Positions 11,601 through 21,099 of a stretch of DNA of 64,000 nt are shown here, piece after piece. The notes below the pieces were generated by a model. That model ran no database searches. It was not told the DNA's origin and saw only the letters and a list, made by a program, of their open reading frames with translations. The stretch lies in assembly GCA_002811645.1 (NCBI GenBank), contig PDIP01000009.1, forward strand, positions 62,001-126,000. The letters run 5' to 3'. The stretch's first letter is position 1, and each line of letters opens with the position of its first letter. This DNA comes from Corallochytrium limacisporum Hawaii. Lineage: Eukaryota; Protista; Pluriformea. The translations under genes were made by a program, and so were the position numbers.

Positions 11601-12679
11601 CGAACGGTGGCGCCGCCATCAAAATTCACATGAAAAGCCATCCCATCTGGACTTCGGTAGGCCCCAACCCGCTTAGGTGGCGTTGGGGCATAATCTTCAT
11701 AGGCCCAAGGCATCATGAATGATTGGATTTTGTATCGATGATGATCTATAACTGATCCATACATGATGTTCACATTATGAGGACAGGTGATGGACACTTC
11801 CGCTGCGGGTTGCTGAGGATCCCCTAGACTCTCTTCCGTGTTAAGTCCTGGTTTGTCTTTCAAAACTGTGATTTCCATTTCCTCCGTCTCAATCAGGTCG
11901 ATGCTGGGTTCCGTAGTTTTGACTTGATACCTTCGACGCGTGCCTCCAGACAAAAATTCATTGTTAACTATGAACTTAACACATGGTTTTGACAATTTAA
12001 GCTTCATGATCACCCGATACACGTCAAATTTACATTCGGTGTTTGTGGCGCCGAAGTACCCGAGAGCTTCATCAAAGAAAACTGCTGCTTTGACTTTGAG
12101 CACATTGTTCCCGATGATCGAGCAACCGTTTCGAACATGAATGCCAATGGATGGCAATATCCTTGCCCAGTATGGATATTCATGTCTGAAATCTTCCACC
12201 AGCGGCTCTTGGGTCTCTTCGGTATCTGCGCCAGTCTCCCGTCTACGTTTATGTAATTCATCAACGTATTCATATGCGGCTGTACGATTGAACATGTAGT
12301 GCTCCAGACCAACAAGGTGTAGTTTTGCCCGGTGTGGTTTCTGGAGCTCTTCTTCATTCCCGACACTCATGCACACATGTCTGTACCAATATTTTATGCT
12401 CAGATAGCCGCTGTAGATTCGTATTGACTGGTCTGAGTCAAAGTATTGCAAGTCTTGAAACATGATTTTGCCTCCCATTAGTGATATTACGAAAGATCCA
12501 ATTGATAGTTTTAAATTTTGATCCTTCGTATAAAATCTCAATGTCGTTGTGATAACGAAACCCACAAACTTGGAGTTCAACACAACCAAGTAAATAAGGA
12601 GGAAGGCACCCACGATAATTGTACCAATGACGAGCGGAACATCCGCGTCCTCCACATCCCTTGGGGGCGTGTCAGCCAT
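2624..12679 (-). CDS. BLTP1: Bridge-like lipid transfer protein 1 (KIAA1109/Tweek/Csf1 family)
   Basis: 3351-aa ORF. N-terminal TM followed by NSKFVGF..IGSFVISLMGGKIMFQDLQY..SIRIYSGY..KYW (Csf1/BLTP1 N-terminus); C-terminal LDPKIRL..VEWILQKLGFENARESIPK matches the KIAA1109 C-terminus. Confidence 0.92.
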   Translation of the reverse strand: MADTPPRDVEDADVPLVIGTIIVGAFLLIYLVVLNSKFVGFVITTTLRFYTKDQNLKLSIGSFVISLMGGKIMFQDLQYFDSDQSIRIYSGYLSIKYWYRHVCMSVGNEEELQKPHRAKLHLVGLEHYMFNRTAAYEYVDELHKRRRETGADTEETQEPLVEDFRHEYPYWARILPSIGIHVRNGCSIIGNNVLKVKAAVFFDEALGYFGATNTECKFDVYRVIMKLKLSKPCVKFIVNNEFLSGGTRRRYQVKTTEPSIDLIETEEMEITVLKDKPGLNTEESLGDPQQPAAEVSITCPHNVNIMYGSVIDHHRYKIQSFMMPWAYEDYAPTPPKRVGAYRSPDGMAFHVNFDGGATVRVPFSGYTVNHAEQPRGELIDDPIFASIPQEFAEAKDCFFIFAEAASTMSYTMPYVITNEGYTADLRLDLHNVDLRTTLPFTRLVNTSYLLVESSMFNGRLWKTCAKWDFNITVMDPDIYFVRDQADFFTALGFDFSVPDNGCAAYFMPLVYKVKIKCNSYRFRTYCNTANIMPNPEDDRDNTTLIMTGDVLTVNAVVPFKTFHPIEDNYNIVINAPNSALSYILPEWHSEGFLRRNDDKDYVTFWTLQTFRFEFDYFYQQLDDSVEARDCFRNTMTFVGAEFWLDGTALRIFLAFVANYFSSERSVLTDPALRAEIRQEKILDPAILIDHQGPDMEIDVRLNAKNNTIYLVDHHTETMSKVGPFLAVNDISVGMRADLKGMELIVNTSPMAVSWGRYVNSGECGLESFSLTQIYNYGPKPNYLSYACSRKVFVGDVIGCMTLDQLCGLLDWADSVRFYLSDEENTPLIDVTDYHTLSLNTCNMEFASVNLVLKDEIAAVVVSVTQPITQESTTLKTPTADERSVLDLRGANISVLRQSVLNKDLFGQDVNGEWIDGSWMTETARIHIPHVQYHSASMTDEDERIIDNQLDFLFNQDWHQQLLPLNIYDDNRVMQEVLERREKLKSGSHLKTDLHSFAMGRWRSQDGVSGIVQGGLEPEEQGSEWRTTHSRRSTYNPAEVMAAIDRIDVEDAEDSASIHDDKHGVVSEEDGDENGEDWFANQLPKRRISSIHEDVDSFHSAASSIDELQRFESSEFQDAAENMEELDVQVPKAVDDEGLDFGDVFNEYQYEDTNATMSSKRKAWASNLDSFTENFFAVHEYSSLAVYQLLIENPNMDSIVDGISTMSASSSFRTGRAPELFKAMVDEAIRDNRSTKNAVPELCPLDTVNTASCILLKGNIVAFFIPESLVELASIGTSLVEGKSRTALKIMDSVRRKYVARKKGNLDLLPERRLQIRIEGITVGLMTAHSVVDPDRREDLDPIGSTGVLDEESQPRSSRDDTSYASASQNHGEPCSLLFKVSLFNIGLDAKTQEGGELYIERPLLEGGVIVGDQFSEKGPWKYGTRRLIDFSYLQVGRVQVRAVDAVTGAKQNAEIDLINVKLVKGEAKFNEEYKIEIPEVRLRTPSSGQIEPLVDAVMAWQDAIATIVTKSKEMHEEMQSIHRRLFYHGANYVETLDASGWAEVRDADVDFLTECRSDPNWIIALFLQTSVADNLTVSEKRVPARQTFEDEHVDITRLHFDSTLEGWYNANFADYEEIQTVSMISDIFTGQRLIAEHYPHHGKSTKTYSLDCNLGSLTAVTISKKGLRKPLVAVDYVTCRGKGTKFRSISSEGIGGKGVVTAACGGISLRSLSALLKVSTSVTGQLSKHKQKQKSTAGQTWKKAEDQDGLLDKLYKGRWCIDVSVAISCIQLSHRYRTALMHLITRSIYLNCSIGGSHGRLMVYFSVPRLQITFMISDKLVRRGGVADKLVDETKSDMQWTIVFMATLSDLIFVHRDMGARKAYKLMSCLGLDIDVPYGIQEVHHGYNAVESIRSALGASDLPKKAQSEVPVDSQSASQPQSMPEPKQNMPSVTVRNLVFHALNIEIGSRCPLLIRYKAEEFRYWAGDVHTSEALWFNLASHSVQVISNVMLDEAIDLDLESEDAFTMDSGVELDDVVLPLPSIHGIMQRAISMKRGDEGFMTISCPKINATNSLENAKILYLAVLPLLDDIRAVAGDDHPRKSSKQAAPVHAPAPSVEKDLRGQRTLRSRFSVTLEVESLMYSFTTANVNMRVGLDHVTGHYLKSTDDSATVTKHFFNVKGEGIITSGYGGSEETDHENSKDDLRVAVPISVGQDFLAQHERKGLFVLLRDLDVVVKRELISCLSLILIRWRKIDTDVFIQFSRTAQAGQKDGKERPKDKWSAKAAGDVNSEQSEKTYVHLEIKALGIALTTDIKDPNRKTVSAVKLALDRVQVSTDGETSVLAQFDRAAIMADAAHGSGSKAWFPLNRQLINFVSAPRGRLDIFRKHVRKKARTALAYALSWYMQGFQLDIDTEIGSHYKMIMTTLDSFQKVLRANAMQAEEPEDSDDEDEGISTFESLRRNLEGFIPTDTRESETAIDVKIAIDPGFALLHPENYLAKMTDLGEHPQYSQRPRPLYTDGPDELKVTRIPIPSATVSVHLSAIKKTGIVDKRKVAVSIAFYQADSDIFVNPFILTFFETASHNFERTKGSEHKTPPKHVEQPSLKERKLEQEDDVERDEDWTLELDESAYEKDYDIMFILHVPEMRVTLSSAPLSHVRAEILFPALDLLLTAQSGAVDLSVSRPKALLPYTVLNFFIDEFKISINHEYSPKSGVEISVQNIRFQMSTSSSEGAGDVVSMASSIGFVSVDFGVRQLDEVQAFRKIWMSRSTRDLRTSPRMSGRPQMAVSSSRGNLYTLRRRRSILSVPVLDTSGSRGQPGKTKIPLYRRITSRFLFVIDTFRVNTNLGQISNAAMAHIDRLSLTSFMGPEGSYLEMSHKVHCESFSLSFEEGLLTGYVAMEHSALGIVMLHPRRDDEQRAHRVLASAHAHSTQAMLRYFGDRVVVADVLQFSARFLGFDDLSETAIPEARLIIDTASMDVAVSKATLPSLMALSNEITVLYEEEKHRFETSFAEMFDSGRTTSSPNVFREEESESKSDLGPRPPKFWTAKVLIGGGHFMLAMFQETMSNPVFSNFSALNYRLSFSRNTVATDDGIWIETALRAAVGVDPVENDAGAGGNIPSATVRKMECRYPEVLAESEVPVSDFLRVLQRDVTSTKIFVMPPSHLALRSNSRVHSHRIYIKFNTEFEGPLLVSGDIGLYMFINNLIRLYINANEKEMANRASRKYSRDVGLSPRARDSEPPSPRELPPSKGKGSSGSSPGGSSSTSYSPMDDGAIGGAHPLTGPPKTYVVESYSLDPKIRLTTLAVGNFTTPDVEWILQKLGFENARESIPKYTHIGVIEILDAILEQVVVSVVAFNREKHLQNVTPR

Positions 12680-12768
12680 GTTGGGACAAAGTACAGGACT
12701 TCGGCCTTGCTACGTTCCCAATGATTCACGTCATTCCATCCAAGTTCATTTTGATATGAGTGGTATCT

Positions 12769-12815
12769 CGTTGTGACAAAGTGGCTGTTCTGCGTTGTGA
12801 CAAAGTGGCTGTTCT
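12769..12815. repeat. Tandem duplication of CGTTGTGACAAAGTGGCTGTTCT upstream of BLTP1
   Basis: Two exact 23-bp copies with a 24-bp period, 90 bp upstream of the ATG. Confidence 0.9.
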
Positions 12816-13249
12816 ACCGCAGAACCAGTGCGACAGACGTCTATATAACGATGACAGCATCGTTAGCAAAACCTTTAATCACATGCGCAGAGTATGACTT
12901 GTACCTCGTAGAAACAATAACATTCGTGTGTAGTTTGGCTTCTCCGCTCACACGCCAGTCCAGACTGTTGCCAACCCCCCGATGCACTGGAAGATCAGAC
13001 CATCTTGCCAATGTATGCGAGACCCGCCGGGCCCTCTCAGTATAGAGTGTCCTACTCGCGCTGTCACAGGCGAGCCTCGCCTCCCGTCTTTCCCGCTTGG
13101 TCGCCCTCTCTACTCTTTCAATTCCGGTCCCGCCACCCGAGGCGTCTAGATCCCCCCGGGGCAGCCCGCCTTCGGGGCTCCCGGGGAGGGGAGGAGGGCT
13201 GTGACGATGAAGCGGAGAGGGAACAACGGCAAGAAATGAAGATTCTGGG

Positions 13250-14100
13250 GCCTATTTTGGCCATTTGCACCGCAAGTCCGTACTCTGTGTGGCCGGGCTA
13301 CAAAGAGCGTAGCGCTCTGCTCGTTCGGATGTACGATCATTATATATAATACAAAAATATATAAATATAATATATACATAAAACATTTCTCAAAATTGCT
13401 CGTCCGACTGATCAGGGTGGTAAGATTAAACTAAATAAATAGAGAAAGAGGCCACCCAGCAGCACCTATTAGGGACACTCGACACTCAGTCAGGGCGGTT
13501 CACATTCTCTGATGAAAAAACCCGCCTCTTCGTCAATGGTAGCGCAGAGAGAAGGCGAGCCTTAGAATCGCTCCAAACGGGCGACAAAACCACCGGTCAT
13601 TGTCGTCAGTAGTGGTTTGGATGGGGCAGCCCTAAACCTGTGAAGACTTGACGAAATAGAAAGAAAGAAAAGTCAGAAAAATAGTCTTTGAACAGCGACT
13701 AACATTTCAAGGAATGCTAAGTGACGAACTTCAGGTCCTATTGTGAGAGGAAGGAGGTGGGGATGGTACTTTCACTCTACAAAGGTTTTGTAATTGGTAC
13801 GTTGCAACGACGGCACACCTGGGTAATACATACGGCGATATTGCTGACGGATGCGTGGTGGCTTAGCTTGGACGCCACCATTCTACAGCTTCGGTGATGA
13901 ATCCCCCATCAAAGGAAATAAGAGGATTTCTTCCACAATAAAGCAAAACACCGACCCCAGCATCAGACGGATTAATCGTTTGCTCTGACTGGCACTAGTT
14001 TGCAGGGACAGGCCTTGCCTGCCTTGTCATTTGTTGCTCGCCACACGATCGAAGCCGCTGTTTCATGTGACTCGAAAGAGGCCCCCAATGTGACCAATCA
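13250..14100 (+). mobile_element. Decayed Ty3/Gypsy pol relic (RT/RNase H)
   Basis: GYKERSALLVRMYD (cf. GLKNAPAxFQRxMD), ILLTDAWWLSLDATILQ at 13838 (cf. LxTDASxxGLGAxLLQ), later LALV. Confidence 0.4.
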
Positions 14101-15079
14101 GAGGCCACTACGTATCACAGCGTTTCAGAACTTTGGAAACAGTGCGTCCATGCCCTCCATTGCGTTCAGTATTTGACAGTACGAGCGCGAAAACTGAAGG
14201 AATGTCAACACCAACCGCATAGCTCTCGTGCTGAACAGATGTTGTAAGTCTTGCTAGACATGCACGTCGGAGTCGAGTTCCCGCAAGTATGTTAGCGTAC
14301 GAGTACTGTGCTCGGCTTGCTGCGCCCTAAGCCATGCTATGCCGGTAATGCATATCTTGCTGCATCTAAACAAGTGTTGCTCAACTTTGCTGACCCGAAG
14401 GTTTTCTAACATAGGTTAGGAACAGCACAGTACAGCAGCTATCCCCGGCACAAAGGTGAAGAAAAACGTTAAGCGCACCTCACTCTAAATCCCTGTACAT
14501 TTTGCAAGTGCCCAACTACCAGTTCTGCAAGTACAGTACCAGTTCTTTCTGGGAACGGTGGGGTTATGCAGAACAGGGATAACATTGAATGGGGCTCGAC
14601 TGGGGCTACGGAAGCCAACCGGTACCCTCAGTACCGGGGCAGACCCCAATCGGGATGTCGTGCGGGAGTATTGGTATTGAGAATGGGTGAGAGAGCCGGG
14701 GGAGGAGGAGAGGGGTTGGGGGAACGGGAGATTTGCTGAAAGTGTGTCCTGCTGGGCGGGGCTCCCTTTTTTTTTCGGCCAAAAAGTGCCACCACCACAA
14801 GTGAGTCCTGTACCAATGGTCTCACGGGCCCTCTGGAATTGCGTGGTACAGACGGGGTGTGTCTCGGTGTCTGGTATTTTGGGTGGTGTGGTTAGCAAAC
14901 GCTTCTGACCATGAACACAGAAATAATGAATTATTAGAATCTGAAAGCCCAGGGCTTGGGAGAACGGGTTACTAATTTTTTTTAAAAGAGATAATGGACT
15001 GAATTGGTGAGGAATCGACGACAGCCACTTTGACGCAAACATGACTTGATTGGTACCAGCACAGAATGTCACTTTCATT

Positions 15080-16747
15080 ATGATAGAGACAGCCAAGAAA
15101 ACCGACATGCCGGACACATCACACGTTATCGGAAATATCGATGACACCCAAGGGTTTCTATCGCCCGTGCGGGTCATGAACAAAGACTCTCGGGAACAGG
15201 CAATCCAGCGCCTGTGTGCGCAGATTATGGATGTAGCAAGGATTGCAGAGGTAGAAGGGCCGGAACGCAGTGCAGCTCTACGTATTTTAGAGGCCCACTT
15301 GCCAAGAATTCTCCACATGGCCAAGGAATGTCCGTTCAGTGACGTCCGCAGTGCTTGTGTCGGGCTATTGAGGACGCTCCGCAAGCATTACAGTGTACCG
15401 GTCCCCAAGACTTCAATACATTGTGTCTCCGTATTCATCGAAAAAAGCACCTTTGAAGCAGATGGAGGAACAAATCGGGCGGTCCTACAGGAAGCATTCT
15501 GTCACGATGGGCGGGTAAGTCACATGATACGATTAATGGGACAGTGCCCACAGTTTATTGCACCATTTTTGAGGTCTCAGCATTATGTTATGCGTGGAGA
15601 TGGGCCGCTGCAAAGACCATACCGGTGTTACCTTGCCATCATGGCTGCTGCACGACATGATTGCCAGTATTTGATTGATATCTGGAGAGAGGAATTCACT
15701 GCGTGTGGTGGAAATCGAGAGTGGCTGCAGGGGATTTCGAAAGCGCCAGTGAAGCTGCAGAGCTTTGCAAACATTGTTGCCTTACTCGCCCATCAGCCAT
15801 GGCGGATGACAGTGGATGACATCAAGGCCATTGCCCGTGGAAAGGACTCCTGGTCAATTGGGGAGGTTGTGCATGCGATTACAATTATTGCCCACATCCA
15901 TGCTCTGTCATCCTTCTGTCTTGGCCTTGGTGTGTCTCCGGAGATCGACAGTGCTCGTGGTCACTCCATGATGGCCCCAAGCGAGGCATCTACGGACTCT
16001 CCGACTATCACGACCGAGAAAGATGTCTTCGACTTCAGTCCCACGATCCCAGAAGCGGAAGTGTATGGAGCAATCCTCAGTATGGGTGCCACAATTTCGG
16101 ATGATCGTTTTGACAAATTAGTTGATATCCTGAAGGAAGTGAATCTTGATGACGAAGATGTTGATGAGGATGCGAACGAAACTGCGTTTGAAGCAGCTGA
16201 TATTGAGAATCCTGTGGATGAAAGCACCAAGTTCAATCTTCCCCAGTTCTGTCCTGAGACTGATATCAAGCATGAAGACTTTGACGTTGCCAATGACGAA
16301 TATTCCATCTTTCGTGGACACGACTTTTCTTGGGAAGATCATGGTTTCAGTATTGTGAGTCGATTCTACCCGGACGCAGCTCCGCTGCTTGATGAAGAGT
16401 TCACGCAGGTCACCAATATGACTGACCGTAGTATCGGGGACCGTTTCATTGACATTGACACTAGCCAATTCCGATGGGCTATTTGGTTCTACATTCATCG
16501 AATTTATGGGATTCTGCACGATGACTACAACTACCATATTGTTAATCAGATTTTGGAGAAAGATCTGAAGAAATTTATCAAGAAGGCGGTGTTCTACCCG
16601 GAAGCGGTAACAAAGGACGATTTCACAAAGGCTATGCGTGATTTCCGGGTCGCCGAAAGTGTTCACATAGTTGCACTGATATGTGATGCTAAAAAGGTCG
16701 CGGGAATGCTCTATGGACTTGAACGAGTTATGCGTTACATGACCTAA
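15080..16747 (+). CDS. SESN: Sestrin (start may be 15080 or 15107)
   Basis: GDGPL..YRCYLAIMAAARHDCQYL, LAHQPW, WSIGEVVHAI, DFSWEDHGFS, YIHRIYGILHDDYNY: sestrin/PA26 signatures. The track start at 15050 is TTG. Confidence 0.93.
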   Translation: MIETAKKTDMPDTSHVIGNIDDTQGFLSPVRVMNKDSREQAIQRLCAQIMDVARIAEVEGPERSAALRILEAHLPRILHMAKECPFSDVRSACVGLLRTLRKHYSVPVPKTSIHCVSVFIEKSTFEADGGTNRAVLQEAFCHDGRVSHMIRLMGQCPQFIAPFLRSQHYVMRGDGPLQRPYRCYLAIMAAARHDCQYLIDIWREEFTACGGNREWLQGISKAPVKLQSFANIVALLAHQPWRMTVDDIKAIARGKDSWSIGEVVHAITIIAHIHALSSFCLGLGVSPEIDSARGHSMMAPSEASTDSPTITTEKDVFDFSPTIPEAEVYGAILSMGATISDDRFDKLVDILKEVNLDDEDVDEDANETAFEAADIENPVDESTKFNLPQFCPETDIKHEDFDVANDEYSIFRGHDFSWEDHGFSIVSRFYPDAAPLLDEEFTQVTNMTDRSIGDRFIDIDTSQFRWAIWFYIHRIYGILHDDYNYHIVNQILEKDLKKFIKKAVFYPEAVTKDDFTKAMRDFRVAESVHIVALICDAKKVAGMLYGLERVMRYMT

Positions 16748-16816
16748 ACTAGCTCTTGTTTACTTGTACAATAGTATATAAATGCATGGATTTAATATGC
16801 GAATTGTTTGCTTTCT

Positions 16817-17683
16817 TTATTGTTCAGATGGGCCCATTCCAAATTGCGACATCATCGCATTCATGGCATTCTCCTCTCCTTCAAGGTCTGGATCCAGCTC
16901 CTTCGGCTCCTGTGGCTCCTCATGCTCGCCGTACTGCATAGCGTTGTCAATCTGTGCAAGCATATAGTCCATCCGAAACTCATCATCTACAGCGTACGGG
17001 ATGAAGACCACCAAACTGTACTCATCGATCATTTGCGCGACGATGTCATTGAGACGGCGCCATTTCTCTGAATGATACTTATGTGCATCGTAGGCCAGAA
17101 GATCGGTGTCCACACTCAAATACCGGTCGAGATACCGACGACGGAATGCCTTGGGTAGTAGATCAACCTTTGTCAAAACGTTTACATGAGGCACCTTCAA
17201 GTGAAGCATGGCACTCATTGCGGTCAAAGTGACGGCAAAGAACTTTGAGCTGTCACTCACAAACTGAGAGTCTACCATGTATACAGCACACATCCGGTAC
17301 ATTTGCCGCTCCAAAAAGGAAACAAAGTTACGAATGACGGGAATATGTGTGTAAAGTTCAATCTGTCCGGGCAAATCCACTATTAAATACTCTTCCTCGT
17401 AGCTTCCTAGGGCCTCTTCAAACCAGTCGAGGTTGTCCATTAGAAATTCCATGCAGTACACTAGAGCTCCATTAGGTCCGTATTTAAGTTCCTCAGCTAC
17501 GTCGGCAGATGATATCAGGTCGCGTATGTCCAAACTAGGTTCGTACGGGAGATATTCTGCAGCGGGATCCAAGTTAACTACATGAACAGTGCGTTGAATC
17601 GACTCACAATGCCGTTGAATTGTGGCACAATAGGTAGACTTTCCGGCGCCAGCCGGTCCCATTACGAGCTGTGCATACTTCAT
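16817..17683 (-). CDS. GPN3: GPN-loop GTPase 3
   Basis: MKYAQLVMGPAGAGKST, VNLDPA, YGPNGAL, DLPGQIELYTH, QYGE C-terminal motif. Confidence 0.93.
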   Translation of the reverse strand: MKYAQLVMGPAGAGKSTYCATIQRHCESIQRTVHVVNLDPAAEYLPYEPSLDIRDLISSADVAEELKYGPNGALVYCMEFLMDNLDWFEEALGSYEEEYLIVDLPGQIELYTHIPVIRNFVSFLERQMYRMCAVYMVDSQFVSDSSKFFAVTLTAMSAMLHLKVPHVNVLTKVDLLPKAFRRRYLDRYLSVDTDLLAYDAHKYHSEKWRRLNDIVAQMIDEYSLVVFIPYAVDDEFRMDYMLAQIDNAMQYGEHEEPQEPKELDPDLEGEENAMNAMMSQFGMGPSEQ

Positions 17684-18429
17684 GCTTCACGTCGAATAGA
17701 GGCCAATTTCACTGTGCTGTGTATCACAGACTTTGGCAGTACGGGTGGTAGATCAGTACATTCTCTTCGTCTCACTCCTTTGAAAACACGTGTAACATAT
17801 CGCATACAAGTCAATGTGATGTTATGTCGCTACCAGAGTGTGGTGAGAAAATGGGCCTTAATACCTCGCCACGGAATCTCGACACTGCGCGTCCCGAAAG
17901 ACCGACACCCGTGTGTTTCCAAAAAACCAGGGTGGTGGCCATATTTGTAAATATATTTTAAATCAAGAAATATATTATATGTTCCCGGATGATGAAATTG
18001 TGGAAATTCTGACCGAAATGCTGTGCGACCCACTGCCATTGATAACTTGACTGTTGAGCTAAGTAAAGCTAACAAGAAATTACACACAAGGCAGCATTTC
18101 TTTGCGCTTCCTGCAAAGGGTTTGCAAAATTTCCCGTCCAGCAATGTTCTATGCGGAGCGCCTGACCACTCAACGATCGGTGCGTGAACGGAAAGCTATA
18201 TTGAGGCGAAACGAATTTCAAAAGATAGTGTAGGGGTCCAGTGAATAAAAACGCAGAGTGCGAAAGAGAACTGTAATCTCTCTGTTGCTGTTTGTGCGAC
18301 CTTATCTTTGCAAGTGTTTTGATGGGGCGAAGAATGAAGAAAGAGGAAGAAGATGAAAGATCTCGTCGGGACGAAAAACATGCGTCTGTCCAACTGACCT
18401 CACCAGGCACAAGCAACACCTAAAGTATG

Positions 18430-18890
18430 AAAGGGGAGAGGTTTCATGTCCCCGGGCTACTCTACAATGCCTGCCGCTGCTGTCCAGATGAGTGCCCACA
18501 TGAGCACTGGCCATGCAACATGGAAGACAACAGATCTACCAACAAGGAGTTGTAGAAGTCCTCATGTGGATGCCAGATGAGTTAGAGATGATCTCCCTCG
18601 CTGTCAAACCCCGCTGTCAACTCGACCTTACCGATCATATTTTAAGAGGTCAGGGTGAGTGCATGTGGCTGTGGATGTGTTTGTGCAGCAGGTAGTCGCA
18701 GTGCAGGGGGCAGGAACAAAATGCTCCATTTCTTCATCCTCGCCCTGGGAACCATCACCTCATTCTTCACTTCTCTGTCCGATACCAACACATGATCATG
18801 GTGATGGGAATGAGAAGAAGGCGAGGAACCCATATGCATGCCAGATGATTTGGATGGCGCGCTTGTGATGTCCGATGTGGCTGCGAAGGG
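18430..18890 (+). mobile_element. Decayed retroelement integrase relic
   Basis: RFHVPGLL, AHMSTGHATWKTT (18494), WMPDELEMISLAVKPRCQ (HHCC-like), HVAVDVF (18662), MPDD..VMSD. Confidence 0.5.
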
Positions 18891-19449
18891 TAGCATCTGG
18901 CACTCTCCGGGTAGTGTTGGGGTGTGCAACACTTTCAATGCTTCATGTTTGCAAGGGCATAACCACAGTCCCGTTAACGTTAGGATGCTTTCGACGATAC
19001 TACCGGTAACGGAGATTCGGAGAAAGAAACAATGTGTGAGAGGTGATCTGTGGTGAATAATAATATGCGTGTGTTGGTTTGCGGGTGTGCGGGCTGGCTG
19101 ATTGGGTTAACGCTTAGCTTACTCGTCCGATGCCTGCCACCACTGCGTATACCTCTGAACGTGTGTATGACATGCCCTCGAATACGGGGATACAACTCTA
19201 ATGAAAGGCATGCCGCACCTATCTTGGCTGGCAAGTCATGAATATGAAAAAAATGAGGAGTGTGGGCTGGTAATGAATATGGCAAAAATAAGGAGCGGTC
19301 AGCTGTTGGTTTCAAGTTTTTGATACTCGTGCTGTTGGGAGAGTAGAGGCGTATCCCCAGCTGTTCCAATACTGGGGATTTTAAGGCTTTGCGGTGTACC
19401 GGTCATCCGCATTAACCAATATGAACTGCTCATGTATTATTGAACGCCT

Positions 19450-21000
19450 GACCCGTTCAAGAAAATCGTTGCACAGCATAGGCAGTAACCCCCCTCACCC
19501 CAATACTCCCCCCCGTGGATCATTACACATTAGTGAGCGGGCCGGCCAAACAAACCCCGAAGTTTGATAGGTAAGTTTTATTCCTAAGGGCTTTGTACGG
19601 ACAACATGTCTTAGGTGAGGAACATCAGAAGAAACCACTATGTGCATGCCCCATGCTCGTTTTGTTGCGGCCGCCACCGCTCTGTCGTTTCTCCAAAGTG
19701 GAGTAAGTGTATTCTGACGTAAACGGGGTTCAAAGTCCGCGATGATTCCTCAAGCGTGCTGTTGAGATTAGGGGGGCCGAGGGAAATGGGCAAAGCTACC
19801 TCGCAGTGAAACGCACTGTCTCCCATGTTGTGACCACATTCTATGGAACGAATACCATACCTTCAGGCTTATCCAACTCATCAGTATGCCCATTCTGCGC
19901 GTGCCGTTTGTCCTCTCCATCGCACAGAGCTGGCGGTCATAAATGGCAATAAAAAATGACGGAAAGCGCTTCAAAATGAAGGGCAATGTAATTCCGAATT
20001 GGATAGTCAGTTCATTTTATATTGATTTCATTATCCATGAAAGATCTTCATGTTCAATTCTCCATGTATAAAAGATCTGCGTAGAGTCGCTGATCATGAA
20101 CACCTTAAAGCCATTTGCACAGGAATATTTACCCACTTGTTAGAAACTATGATGAGCTCACTGCCCAAGGAGTGAACGCAAAAGACAAACAAGGTATTGA
20201 CAAATCAACCACACCCATTTGTCAATCATAAAGCCGAAAAGCGAGATTATAGGAGGCCAGCGCTCCAAACTAGCCATGAAGAAGTAAGTTGGGCGGAGAG
20301 CGAACAACACATAGACGTTGGGTTCCCAAAAGCAGTGCACTGGTGCCATTCAAGCAACCTTCACACAAAAGCACGAGCCACCATCAGCTGTCCCTTCCAA
20401 TATTTTCCGACGCATGCACAGTGGGCTATAGCCGTCGCTTATTGGATATGTATTGTATATGTAACCTCGCTCGGACGCAGTCACGCATACACAGTCAATT
20501 TCCTTGTTTGCTCTGTTGAACTATGTTACATGAAGTCATCATCGGCCGCCACAAACCAAGGGTGTGTGAAGCATCGCACAGAGTGGCTCCCTCGCAACTC
20601 CGACTTTTGTCTCACAACCAACATCAAACACGGTCATCACGCAGGTCGTACGTTGAAGTAGGACTTTGCTAGCCGTACTATGGTGTAGTGGTGCCTTATG
20701 TGTGAGAAAAGAGACATGAATCGGTGGGTGGGGGCACGGTGAGCACACTGAAAACGAAAGACGTTCATGTGTGTAAATGAGGCGGTCAATAAATTTCCCT
20801 CCGTCAATGGATCCAGAGTCAGCACAGTACACAAACCTTACGGAATTGTCCCTGCTTGTACCGCCTTCATCCGAACGCTCCGGGCTGTGTGACGACAGAG
20901 ATAGCAAACGTGATGAGAGAGAGCCACGAGTAGGTCTTGGTACGTATGCAATCGTAAGTGCCGCCGGGCGTTTACTAAAGAGAGGGCGACAGGCTGCCTG
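19450..21000 (-). mobile_element. Decayed Ty3/Gypsy relic (RNase H to integrase), minus strand
   Basis: FSKRPAALTIAYVPRP, FVYCADSG..GG, FDVGCETK, then HAQNGH, WYSFHRMW, IVVSSD..LGIKLTY in the expected order. Confidence 0.35.
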
Positions 21001-21099
21001 CATAAGAATGGGATTGAAACAAACTAGTACCATTCCTTGGTTAAAGGGAATCATCGACGTTATCGTCATCGTCAGCAGGTGGTAAGGCGCGGCCTCATA

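Noticed and set aside
2634-12366. Numerous ORFs overlapping BLTP1 and other genes
   Set aside because: Shadow frames of real CDSs.
14485-15384. 299-aa minus-strand ORF
   Set aside because: Antisense to the sestrin 5' end plus low-complexity spacer; no family motif.
19795-19950. Ankyrin-like words (GQTA..AQNGHTD, GDSAFH on -; PLH..LAVINGN on +)
   Set aside because: They occur on both strands and in different frames; HAQNGH fits better as the integrase HH motif in the context of the minus-strand relic.
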